Source: Octopus bimaculoides (lineage: Eukaryota). From it: a stretch of 42,990 nucleotides of DNA. The notes below the pieces were generated by a model that worked only from the letters and a program-made list of their open reading frames with translations, did no database searches and was not told the DNA's origin. The DNA is taken from NCBI RefSeq assembly GCF_001194135.2, contig NC_068983.1, positions 45,295,418 through 45,338,407 of the forward strand, written 5' to 3'. Positions 23,285-34,620 of this stretch are shown here, one piece after another. The number at the start of each line of letters is the position of its first letter. Position 1 is the stretch's first letter. The position numbers and the translations under genes are program-made.

Positions 23285-24112
23285 TACATACATACAAGCA
23301 CATATGTATGTTATTCGAGTAAAATTTCTCACCAATACCGAAAGAATCAGTTCCTAACCCAGACAAAGCTTTCATTGGAATTTACAAAATTACATATGTA
23401 TGAACGCGAACGTATATACGTTTACACACATAAGTCTATACATAAACATGTTCGTATATACGTGTGTGCATGTGTGATAATACGTGTGCCTGTGATAGTG
23501 GAACTATTTGAAGGCTTGTACATCTGGGTGTACAATCTTGTTACAAGCCAACTTTCGGCTGAAATCTCTGCGCATATTCATACACGGATACGCAAGCACA
23601 CATTGGTATACATACACATTGACATACATACACACATAGTTACGCATATATACATATGTTCAAAGTTGTACACGTACATACATAACTCAGTAAGAGCGTA
23701 CTTAAGCAAGAGATATCTCTTCTGAATGTCGAAATATACAGACATACTTCAATTAGCTACTCATTTATGGTATGACTACGCATATCAACATATCGCATCG
23801 TGGTATACAAGCACGCATACAATGTATATGTGTGTGTGTGTAGGCATGTATATGTAATTGTATATGTGTGTCTGTGTAGGCATGTATATGTAATTGTATA
23901 TTAATAACTAAATGAATTTGCACATATGTATATATATATATATATATATATAGATATGTAATCGATTAAGTAAACAGTAGATGAAATTGGTATAACTCTA
24001 AAATATTACAAACAAATAGAGAGAGACACACACACACACACACACACACACGATCTTCCATGTACAAAATTACCCAAATTGTATATATACCCAAATTGTA
24101 TATATTTTATAT

Positions 24113-24185
<73 letters not shown>

Positions 24186-24222
24186 CATACAGACATGCAC
24201 ACACACACACACACACATACAG

Positions 24223-24277
<55 letters not shown>

Positions 24278-24541
24278 TGTATGTGAATGTGTTCGCGTGT
24301 GTGTTTTCTAAATATGCCGGAGATGTTGAAGCAGAATGTTAAGTGTTAAGTTCAATCTACGTCAACAGCACCATTGACATTTTTTCCCACTCAGAATCTG
24401 CTGTCATTCTGCCTGATTCTCTGTCATTTAAAGACATGAAGGCAAAAAGAAAAGCGTATGACTTTTTCTTGTCATATTTGTATAAGGTTATCTCCTTCTC
24501 ACATTCTCTAGCTGTCGCACTCCTGTCTCAGTATAGATACA

Positions 24542-24589
<48 letters not shown>

Positions 24590-26003
24590 NNNNNNNNNNC
24601 ACAAAAGCACGCACACTTATAATTGTGTGTGTATGTGTTTATGGATCTGCGATTAGCGGCGAAAGTCTCTGAAACGGTGCATCCTCGAGAAAAACGGATT
24701 TGATACACACACAGTCATGTGTGTGTGTGTGTGTGTGCATGTATGTGTTTGTTTATGTATGTTTGTTACTAACAACAGTTTGACGACCAGTGTTGTGTTT
24801 ACGTCCTCGTAATTTAGTGATTCAGGAAAAGTCTGATGACTGAAACAAATAAAAGACGAAAGGATAATATGCGTTCGTGTGTATTTGTGTGTGTATATAT
24901 ATATATACACACACACACACACATACATATACATATATATATATATATATATGTTGTTGTACTTGGGGATGGTCATATTGCCAGTTTAGCCAATAAAAAC
25001 ACACGCACTGTATATTTGGTGTTAATTTTTTTTTTTTCAGCTTTATATTACATTAATCTTAATCTTAATCTTATTTCGGCCAGAGTTCTTTCGTCACACT
25101 TCTGTGACCTCATCAGTGGTCCTTTGTTTCCTTCTTTCTTATGTGTGTCTCACCTTGCTAACTATCTTGCAAAACAAANNNNNNNNNNNNNNNNNNNNNN
25201 NNNNNNNNNNNNNNNNNNNNNNNNNNNNNNNNNNNNNNNNNNNNNNNNNNNNNNNNNNNNNNNNNNNNNNNNNNNNNNNNNNNNNNNNNNNNNNNNNNNN
25301 NNNNNNNNNNNNNNNNNNNNNNNNNNNNNNNNNNNNNNNNNNNNNNNNNNNNNNNNNNNNNNNNNNNNNNNNNNNNNNNNNNNNNNNNNNNNNNNNNNNN
25401 NNNNNNNNNNNNNNNNNNNNNNNNNNNNNNNNNNNNNNNNNNNNNNNNNNNNNNNNNNNNNNNNNNNNNNNNNNNNNNNNNNNNNNNNNNNNNNNNNNNN
25501 NNNNNNNNNNNNNNNNNNNNNNNNNNNNNNNNNNNNNNNNNNNNNNNNNNNNNNNNNNNNNNNNNNNNNNNNNNNNNNNNNNNNNNNNNNNNNNNNNNNN
25601 NNNNNNNNNNNNNNNNNNNNNNNNNNNNNNNNNNNNNNNNNNNNNNNNNNNNNNNNNNNNNNNNNNNNNNNNNNNNNNNNNNNNNNNNNNNNNNNNNNNN
25701 NNNNNNNNNNNNNNNNNNNNNNNNNNNNNNNNNNNNNNNNNNNNNNNNNNNNNNNNNNNNNNNNNNNNNNNNNNNNNNNNNNNNNNNNNNNNNNNNNNNN
25801 NNNNNNNNNNNNNNNNNNNNNNNNNNNNNNNNNNNNNNNNNNNNNNNNNNNNNNNNNNNNNNNNNNNNNNNNNNNNNNNNNNNNNNNNNNNNNNNNNNNN
25901 NNNNNNNNNNNNNNNNNNNNNNNNNNNNNNNNNNNNNNNNNNNNNNNNNNNNNNNNNNNNNNNNNNNNNNNNNNNNNNNNNNNNNNNNNNNNNNNNNNNN
26001 NNN

Positions 26004-26035
<32 letters not shown>

Positions 26036-26224
26036 TGTATGTGGCAGGCATGCGGCCAAAACGAGATAAACATGCGTGAGCGGAGACCGTGCCTGTTGGG
26101 AGAGCGAGCGCAAACTCAGCGCCGACTAGCGGTTGCCTGTATGAATCTAGCTCGTATTTCGGATTTCCGCTCGTACTTCAAGACAAAAACTCGCACGAGT
26201 TTCGGCTCGCACAATGGTGCATTT

Positions 26225-26430
26225 GTACTGCGAGGTTCTACTTTTTATACAGCGTTGCGCTGTGTTCTTGAACAAAACACTTCATTTCACGTTGCTCTGT
26301 GATCATTTCGTCATCTGGCATGTGGCACACGGTGCACCTGTACAGGTAATGTCGGTTTAATGGAGGGAGTGAGCTTATGCGTACACAAGCATTTAATCAC
26401 TATAAACAAATGATCTGTGTGGATGTTCGG
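26225..26430 (+). mobile_element. SINE family C, second copy
   Basis: TGTGTTCTTGAACAAAACACTTCATTTCACGTTGCT...GCACCTGTACAGGTAATGTC; parallels 520-690. Confidence 0.65.
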
Positions 26431-26759
26431 ACGGAAGAGTTCAGTATATACGTATGTGTGTGGGCATGTATAAGCCCACAAATATGCAATGCTTTAGCTT
26501 GTTATTACGTAAATGAAATGAAACAGAATATTATTAATACATACTATTCCAATACATATGCATCTGTATTAAGTTAAGTATGTACTATAGTTACTTTTTA
26601 CCGTAATCTTCAGAATAATTGCGCAGTTAATATTTGTAACAGTTTGGAGTACTATTTACTTTGCTGGAAAAGCTAACGTAACGTACAATTTTAATAATTT
26701 GTTTATTACTCTGAGAATGTGCAAGCGGAACGTTGCATGAGACAAAGAATAACTGTGGT

Positions 26760-27592
26760 TGACTTCCACAAGTAAAGATGAGAAACAGAAAGAACGACTG
26801 GAAAGAAGAACAGAGTCAAGGAAGACACCAACAGAAAAATATGAAAAGAGAACGGTGCAAAGGCTAGAACCAGAACCAGAACCTTCCGCAAGCAAAGATG
26901 AGAAATAGAAAGAGAGACCGGAAAGAAGAACAGATGCAGGAAAAATTGTTGTTGGCACTCCGTCGCTTACGACGCCGAGGGTTCCAGTTGATCCGATCAA
27001 CGGAACAGCCTGCTCGTGAAATTAACGTGCAAATGGCTAAGCATTCCACAGACACGTATACCCTTAACGTAGTTCTCGGGGATATTCAGCGTGACAAGGC
27101 TGACCCTATGAAATACAAGTGCAACAGAAACAGGAAGAAAGAGTGAGAGAAAGTTGTGGTGAAAGAGTACAGCAGGGTTCGCCACCATCACCTGCCGGAG
27201 CCTCGTGGAGCTTCAGGTGTCTTCGCTCAATAAACACTCACAACGCCCGGTCTGGGAATCGAAACCGCGATCCTATGACCGTGAGTCCTCTTCCCTAACT
27301 ACTGGGCCATTGCGCCTCCTCAGGAAAAATACTAACAGGGAAATATATAAAAAGAATGGTCGTATATAAAAGAAATATAGAGATAGAGAAACAGGTAACA
27401 AAAATAAAAGGTGTTGTAAGAGTCAGAATGTCGGATGAAAACACCATAGCGGATTTGTTGGATGATAGTAAAGCGACGAAGTTGAAGGAAAGATTTGGTG
27501 AAAAAATCGAATGTACGGCAATTAAAGTGCAATATGATGAGATGCCAAATGTGATAGACTTTGCTGAAATAGATTATTTCTGGGACGATTAA
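26760..27592 (+). pseudogene. Fossil ORF with a 40-aa tandem repeat, split by a SINE; product unknown (possibly retroelement ORF1-like)
   Basis: Removing 26947-27330 restores one frame: KDEKQKERLERRTESRKTPTEKYEKRTVQRLEPEPEPSAS / KDEK*KERPERRTDAGKILTGKYIKRMVVYK...FAEIDYFWDD*. One CAG>TAG change at 26906-26908. Confidence 0.45.
26947..27320 (-). mobile_element. SINE family B, both ends present, 10-bp target-site duplication
   Basis: CAGGAAAAAT at 26937-26946 and 27321-27330; minus-strand head GAGGCGCAATGGCCCAGTAGTTAGGG...GGTTTCGATTCCCAGACC carries A- and B-box-like motifs. Confidence 0.93.
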
Positions 27593-28344
27593 AACAAGGT
27601 AAAAAAAAAATAATTGTAATAATTACGATAAATATTGAACAGTTAGAACAGTAAAATGGAACTTTCCACTGTTGCGGGTGGGAAGCCATTTCCTCACCAT
27701 TAATTATTAATTCATAAATCATTCATTTTCATTTTATGTTCCCCATGTACGTCTTTTGTATTGTCCCATTGTATTGTCCTACTTTGTGTTGAGTGGCTTT
27801 ATGCCAATAATAAAGAAATAGAATAACTGTAGATGACTTGACAATGTGGTGTTCTCGAACTCTTATAAGGATCTTTTGAATCTAAGTTTGCAGTTATCAA
27901 TTATTTTATAATATAAGTGACGTTGAAATAGCGGAATTACGATATCACCAGATAAAATCTTTTGCTGTGTTTCAAGGCCATGTCAAGTAATGTTGTTCTC
28001 ATAGTAAATGTGTAGATGAAATACATGAAATTTTCATTATCAGTCTTTTAGAAGTTGTTAGAGGAAGAATAAATAAATAAATAAAGATAGATAGATAGAT
28101 AGATATTGGAGATATAAGTTTTATAATAATGAAAAATCGGTCGTACATTGTTCATTTACATTTTACTAAAGATCTAGAAAACCGTATAGTAACCAAAAGA
28201 AGCTGGCAACAAATAGGAAAAAACATCATCAGATATCCATGAAAACTAAATTGAGACAAAACAAAAATCGCTATATATTTATGCTCTAAACAGTCTTCTG
28301 TATCATTTTGTGTATTTATGTATATAAATGTATTGGCCCAAGGC

Positions 28345-28480
28345 CTATATTAAAATTGGAGCCAGTCTAATGCATTTACCTCAGTGCTTGACTTGTTCTT
28401 AATTCATAGACTCCGAAAAAAGGAAATGAAAAGTTGACCTCGGCATATTTTTAACTCAAAATCGAAAGATACGCAGTTAA
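28345..28480 (-). mobile_element. SINE family D, decayed
   Basis: GTTGACCTCGGCATATTTTTAACTCAAAATCGAAAGATACG variant of the family D motif. Confidence 0.6.
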
Positions 28481-29271
28481 GCAATGAAATAATATTTCCT
28501 TGAAGGTATTTGGGTTTACGGCCATGTTGGATAAATGTGCATTAATTAAAACAATCTACAGTAAAGAAACTATCAGAAAATGGGAACGCATACAGAGTAT
28601 AAATTATCTCATCAGGCAGAGTGACTTGTGGTTAGATATTATTTTTTTAATAAATTACATCTGTAAATACTTATCTACCTGTATCTTGTTTGTAATACAT
28701 AACTGCCTAGATATCTATTTTCTTCATCTTGCATGTCAAACTGGCTTGGGAGGGCAGGAAAAAAAAAATCTAAAATTCGAGATTTCATCACAGTAATCTC
28801 AACAGCACCTCCTTATTCAGCTTCACTATCACTCTTACAACTACAAATAGTTTTAAAATATGTAATACATGTACAAACACGAGCGAATTTGCTAAGGAAA
28901 TTTTATGTCTAAATTTCTAAATTCCAGTAAACAACTTCGTATGCAGAAATTGTAATATAATATCAATTAATAGTTACTTTTATTGGCACAATGTTAAAAA
29001 ATGTATAGGGGCGGCAGGGATTAGAGACTGGGGTGGAAGTACAGACGGTTAATTTAAACTTCAGTACTTAACTAGTACTTAGAACAGGAAATAGGAAAAA
29101 CATTTAACTATGTACCATAATTAGTCTTTCGGCCGACTAACTGTTTTATAATTTGATCTTCTCGATTAGACCAGACCCGACACAGTGAAAAACAGCCTAT
29201 TTCATAGATTTCGGAGGTGTTAAGGGAAAAGCCGGTTTCTTTGGTATTTCTTCCTTCTGATAACACGGTTT

Positions 29272-29560
29272 CTAATTTTGGCACAAGGCCAGCAAGTTCG
29301 GGGAGGAGGTACGTGATCAGATCGACCCCAGTACTCAGATGGTACTTATATTGATTTCAAATTTTGGCTCAAGGCCAATAATTTAGTAGGAGGGAATAAG
29401 TCAATTACACCGACCTCCAGTGCTCAGCTGATAATTTATTTTATCGACCCTAAAAGGATGAAAGGCATAGTCGATCTCGGTGGAATTTGAACTCAGAACG
29501 TAAAAGTGGACGAAATGTCGCTATTGTCCCAGCGTCCAAACGATTCTGCCAGCCCGCCGC
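29272..29560 (-). mobile_element. Two tandem SINE family D copies (partial, then near-complete)
   Basis: TTTTGGCACAAGGCCAGC at about 29276 and TTTTGGCTCAAGGCCAAT at about 29362; the second reaches the head (CGATTCTGCCAGCCCGCCGC). Confidence 0.88.
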
Positions 29561-30217
29561 ATAAAGTATGATATACTCAACATTATAATCCCCGATAAAC
29601 ATGTGATACAGTCATATCAGCGCAGAGAAGGTTCGGCAACTAAACCAGTGTTCTTCACTAGCTTTGCTCAGTGAGTCGGGTTTGTAAATATTTAAAAGTT
29701 TTAAACTATAAAACCCGTCAAAGACGGATGAACGCCTTGAGAGACAATGGCACCCATCTCAAAGCAGAAATAGCCCCCGATAGCATTAACGGGGCCAGTG
29801 TAGTAAACGATAGAGGCCTAGGTTCACAAGCAAAAAGCCTTTTTCATCTTTCTGGAGTCTTTCCAGACCATGTCGAGGATGAAATGCTATTTTAAAAAAT
29901 TCAAGTGTTCTACCTACAGACCTGCTGTGGGAAGAATCTCTCTTGACATGACATTGAAATATAGCAAAGGGTGATCTAGTCATTCTGTTATTTCAGTGAT
30001 CTAGTTATTCTGTTATTTTCCCAACTACCATATAAAATAATTCATAGTTTCCATCATCGACTTAAATATATACTATTTGAGAGCGAATGCTGGAGTCGAA
30101 TAAATCGAATACAACAGTTTAATTGATTAATTTATTTTATCGATACGAAGTAAATCTTGCTACCGAAGAATGCAATCAGAGCGAAAATAGACTGAAAAAA
30201 AAAATTCATTTCTACTC

Positions 30218-30340
30218 TAGGTACAAGGCCCGAAAGTTTTGGGGAGGGCTAGGCCAGTTGATTAGATCGACCCCAGCATGCACACGTAGCTGGTACTTAA
30301 TTTATCGACCCCGAAAGGATGAAAGGCAAAGCCGACTAAA
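30218..30340 (-). mobile_element. SINE family D, 3' portion
   Basis: CTAGGTACAAGGCCCGAAAG...TCGACCCCGAAAGGATGAAAGGCAAAGCCGAC. Confidence 0.85.
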
Positions 30341-30411
30341 AGAGAGATAACTGGAAATTTAAGGGGAATTAGTCGATTAAATCGTCTCCAGTACTTTATA
30401 TTTTATATATT

Positions 30412-30642
30412 TTACCTGTGTCAGTCATTATATTGCGGCCATGCTACAGCATCACCTTGAATTTTTAGTCAAATGAATCCATTCCAATACTTATTTTTCA
30501 AGCTTGGTCTTTATTCTATAGGTTTCTTTTGCCGAACCGCTAAGTTACGGGGACATAAACATACCAACACCGGTTATCAAGTAGTGATGTGGGCGGGGGG
30601 AACACACACACACACACACAGATATATATATGTATATATATG

Positions 30643-30683
<41 letters not shown>

Positions 30684-30822
30684 CGGGCTTCTTTCATTTT
30701 CTGTCTACCAAATCCATTCAGAAGGCTTTGGTCGGCCCGAAGCTATAGTAGAAGACACTTGCCCAGGAACTGAACCTAGAACCACGTGCTTGGGAAACAG
30801 GCTTGTTACCACACAGCCTCTG
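30412..30822 (-). mobile_element. Near-complete SINE family A with internal microsatellite
   Basis: Reverse-complement counterpart of 21525-21930; (CA)/(TA)/(TG) block at 30601-30678. Confidence 0.88.
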
Positions 30823-31161
30823 CTGAGCCTATTATTATTTATATTGTCACTTTCCGATCCCCATTTTTCGACCTCGATGGGAAATTAACTCAACACTTAA
30901 AAAGACGGACAAAATACTGCAATACATATTTTCTTTTAACTCATTAAAAATTCTGCCAAACCATCTAACCTCATCGAATAATTAATAATAGAACAACAAA
31001 TTAATAAACTTGATGAATTACCTCATTTATACCCCGGCAATTTCTGGATTACCTGAATAGACTACAGATCAAGAAATGTTGCCAATATGATCGATCGACT
31101 ATACCTATCCCTCCATATCTGAGGCCTGATGTCTTTGATAAAATGTGTATAATATTAGTTA

Positions 31162-31495
31162 CAAATTTTGGCACAAAGCCAGCAGCTCTGCGGGAGAGGC
31201 TAAGTCGATTAAATTGAAACCAGTGCTCGACGTGCTAACGATACGATTCTGCCAGCTCAACGCCTATAAGGTGTATAATATTGGTTTCAAGCTTTCGCAC
31301 AAGACCAGCAATTTGGGGGAGGGGTTTAATCGGTTACATCAGCCCCAGTGCTCACCTGATACTTTCTTTATCGATCCTGAAGGGATAAAAAGGCAAAAAT
31401 TGACTCCCGTGAGATTTGAACTCGGAGCGTAAAGACGAACGAAAAGTCGCTAAGCATTTTGCCCAGCGCGCTAGCGACTCTGTCAGTTCACCGCA
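31162..31495 (-). mobile_element. Two tandem SINE family D copies
   Basis: TTTTGGCACAAAGCCAGC at about 31166 and TTTCGCACAAGACCAGC at about 31293; head motifs at both right ends. Confidence 0.85.
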
Positions 31496-31877
31496 AATAA
31501 TATGTATAATATTATTTGCTAATTTCAGACTTTGGATCGTTCATTGAAACGAGTGGAAATATTTCTTTCAAATCCGTGGGGATTATCTTGTCAACTGATG
31601 GCAATATCTAATTTTATTCTGTTATCAAAAAATGAGAATGAAATAGAATAAATTTTACCCAAGAATATATATATATTTCTGTCATAGGCATATAGCTGAT
31701 CTGAAGAACTGAGGGCCATTCAATCGAACCCTGAGAGATGAAAAGTTTATCTTGGCTAATTTGAATTCTGCATATAACTCGTATTGCTGTAATGTATTTT
31801 ATTAAATCGAATTAATCGTCCGGTCATCTCACTCATTCGATTGCAATAACAGATGGTAATATTACGCTCCCATCCTG

Positions 31878-32060
31878 GAGCGCTGGCAAAGTGGTTTAAC
31901 AGCATTTCGCCATTTTTACGTTCCAGGCTCAAATTCCGTGTCAGTCGACTTTATCTTGCATCTTTTCGTGGTCCATAAAATAAGTTGATTACTGAAGTCG
32001 ATGCAATTTGAATAAAACCTTCCTTTAAAATTGCTGACGTTGTGCCACAATTAGAATATT
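31878..32060 (+). mobile_element. SINE family D in the opposite orientation
   Basis: GGAGCGCTGGCAAAG...TTTACGTTCCAGGCTCAAATTCCG...AGTCGACTTT...TTGTGCCACAATTAG reads as the forward version of the family. Confidence 0.75.
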
Positions 32061-32693
32061 ACTCTCTCAATTACAGCTTTCATATTCAATTAAGGGCCCT
32101 TGATCGCGTGATCAGTCCCGACCTACGGCGGAATTTAAATTCAGATTAGAATCTGGCCATATGGCGAAAGTCATCTGGTCCGACTCTCTAACAATTCTGC
32201 TACTACACGACTCTGCAATGGTACTTTATTTATCGACCCTGAATAGTGTAAAGACTAAGTTGACCTCAGCAGCATTTGAACTAAGAGAGTAGGATCGAAT
32301 ATAGCAAACACTCTTTTCTGAAAAGGAGAAGAATACCAGGGCTTAAAAATTTATCTATTCATACAGGAAACTAATAAAACCACACACTTAATGAAAAATT
32401 AATATTACTACAAAGTAGTTTCAAATATCAAAGTGTTTGTTTCTATCAAACGCACAATCTATATAACGCAATAAGCAAGTAAACAATTGTATTGATTGAT
32501 ATATTGATGGTCGTCACTTTAGCAGAATATTATTTGAAAGGACTGAAAACAAGCTGATATTCTATGGTATACTACTGTGATTATTTGTCTTACCTGATTG
32601 AATAAGCAGCAAATTCTACTTCGGTAATGTCTACAGCTAGAACGTGAAGAGACGTAACTGACTGAACTGCAAATTTTCTTTCTCTTTTTTCTC

Positions 32694-33287
32694 TTACTAC
32701 ATCTGCCTTAGCGAAGGCGGAAGCATTGATTTTAGTCACGTTTGTTTGTCCGTGGACAAGATATCTCAAGAACCGCTGGATGGATTCAGATGAAACTTTC
32801 AGGGGTGTTTGGCCTCGTGACTGGCACGAACTGATTAGATTGTGGGATCGATCCGGTACTGGACAAGAATTCTGGATTATTTGTTATATTTACTTTACAT
32901 GATTACCATCTTACGTTAACTCTCAAGTCTTTCTCAATTATCTCTCTTTAGGCTGTAACTCTTTTGAATGGTGAATTTGTTAACCTTGGCTTGTATTAGA
33001 TAAGAATAAACTATTTATTACTGTTACTAAATTTTCTACAGCCACCTTCACATTCCATGACTAGCATTGTGATCGATCAGGTACCGGACAAGGATTCTGG
33101 ATTATTTTTCCGTTTTTTTTTTTTTACTTAACTTTTGAGAGAGGTAGGGTTCATTTTTAGTATTCCCATTTGTGAGGGCAGTCGAGTTTATTTCAGATAT
33201 TGTCATTTAAAAAATAATCTCTGGCTAATCATTGAGAAGACGTTGGTGTTGCCTTGGCGGAGGTTTGCACTCTCTGAGTGCTCTTGT
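32694..33287 (+). mobile_element. Helentron-associated non-autonomous element (HINE / DINE-1-like)
   Basis: 5' hairpin TCTGCCTT-AGCG-AAGGCGGA (32702-32721); 3' sub-terminal inverted repeat TTGGCGGAGGT (33254-33264) followed by palindrome GCACTC-TCT-GAGTGC (33267-33281); T-rich flanks; internal ~37-bp direct repeat (about 32847 and 33071). Confidence 0.8.
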
Positions 33288-33494
33288 CTTTTTTTCTTTT
33301 ATCCTGCGCTGTACTGTTCCTGCCTCTTATCATACTTTGAGAACATTAGAAATCACGATTGCGACTTGAAAATACTGATTTCTAATCATGACACAAGACA
33401 AAATATTTTAGAAGATGGGATAAATTCGATTCAAATGATAATTATTTGGTGTTTATACGCCAGGTGAGCTGTTCAATTGAGACGTAAATGCCGC

Positions 33495-33940
33495 AGATAC
33501 GTGGTCACCGTCGAATCCCACTGCATAGTAAGTTGGGAAAATGTCTTCTACCAATGCCCCTGTTGACTACTACTGGCATACCGTCGGTTACGACGCCGAG
33601 GGTTCGAATTGATCCGATTAATGGAACAGCCTTGTAGTGAAATTAACGTGTAAATTGCTGAGTACTCAACACACACGCGTACTCTGAACGTAGTTGTCAG
33701 GGAGATTCAGCGTGACGCAGAATGGGACAAGGCTGGCGCTTTAAAATACAGGTACCAGTAATTTTTGCCAGCTCAGCAGACTAGAGCAATGTGAAATAAA
33801 ATGGCTTGCTCAAAGGCACGAAGTGCCGTTAGGAATCGAACTTACAACCTTACGACCGTGTGCCGGATATCCGTAACCACTAAGCCATGCGTCTTCACTA
33901 TTGACTAATGCCTTCTGAGTGAAATATGGTAGTCGGAATA
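33495..33940 (+). mobile_element. SINE family A head fragment interrupted by a family B SINE
   Basis: ...AATCCCACTGC...AATGTCTTCTACC | insertion | ATGCCTTCTGAGTGAAATATGGTAGTCGGAA continues the family A consensus. Confidence 0.7.
33570..33900 (-). mobile_element. SINE family B nested in family A, 7-bp target-site duplication
   Basis: TTGACTA at 33563-33569 and 33901-33907; body homologous to 26947-27320. Confidence 0.85.
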
Positions 33941-34469
33941 TGATTACGAATGATTAAACAGTTCGTTTCACAACCATAAGGTTCCGCGTTCAATCGCACT
34001 GCACTTTATGTTGGGCAAATATTTGGTATCGCTTCGCGTCGACCCATGTTTTTTGAGTGAAACTGCATGCACTGAAACTGTATGGCAGCCCATCAAATAG
34101 ATTATACCTACAAATCAAAAAGCACAGAGTTGTCATTCGTTGTCACACGCTGATTCTGCCGGAGAGTTACGATTGAAGTACACGTGTCTGCAGACTGGTG
34201 TGCCATTTACATTTTAATTTAGAAACAGGTTATTCAGTTGATCAAAAATCTGAATCATCATCGTCGAACGACTGACAGCCACTAACGCATACATACATGC
34301 ATACACACACATACACATATCACTTGCTGCAGAGAGCTTGTCTCCCTCGTCTGTCAGTAGATAAGCGCTTCCCCGTGGCTAAGAGTTGTTTTGGCTCTTA
34401 TTTCTAGCAATGCTGGTGCTGACTTGCAACCTCCATCACTTTAGTGACGATTGTACTTGTATCTGTCTA

Positions 34470-34502
<33 letters not shown>

Positions 34503-34512
34503 ATAAAGATTA

Positions 34513-34620
34513 TTTGCCAACATAATGTGGCAGTCTTAGATGGGACGAATGTCACTGTTGTTTAGCCCCAGGAATCATCGTCTCCAGCTGGCTATACGAC
34601 ACACAATCTGTGTCCTTATA
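34513..34620 (+). repeat. Solo diverged copy of the 15611-16003 palindrome arm
   Basis: TTTGCCA.C.TAATGTGGC...CTGTTG.TTTAGCCCCAGG...TCCAGCTGGCTAT..GACAC.C...CTGTG.CC. Confidence 0.75.

Noticed and set aside
24833-24846. CTGATGACTGAAAC
   Set aside because: No room for stem II; derives from the SINE A tail motif ATGACTGAAAC.
27245-27320. tRNA gene (also the heads at about 21525, 36050 and 38900)
   Set aside because: A/B boxes only, no cloverleaf or acceptor stem; continuous with SINE bodies.
29671-29895. 74-aa ORF in non-repetitive-looking DNA
   Set aside because: No motif, no convincing splice sites, and a length expected by chance.
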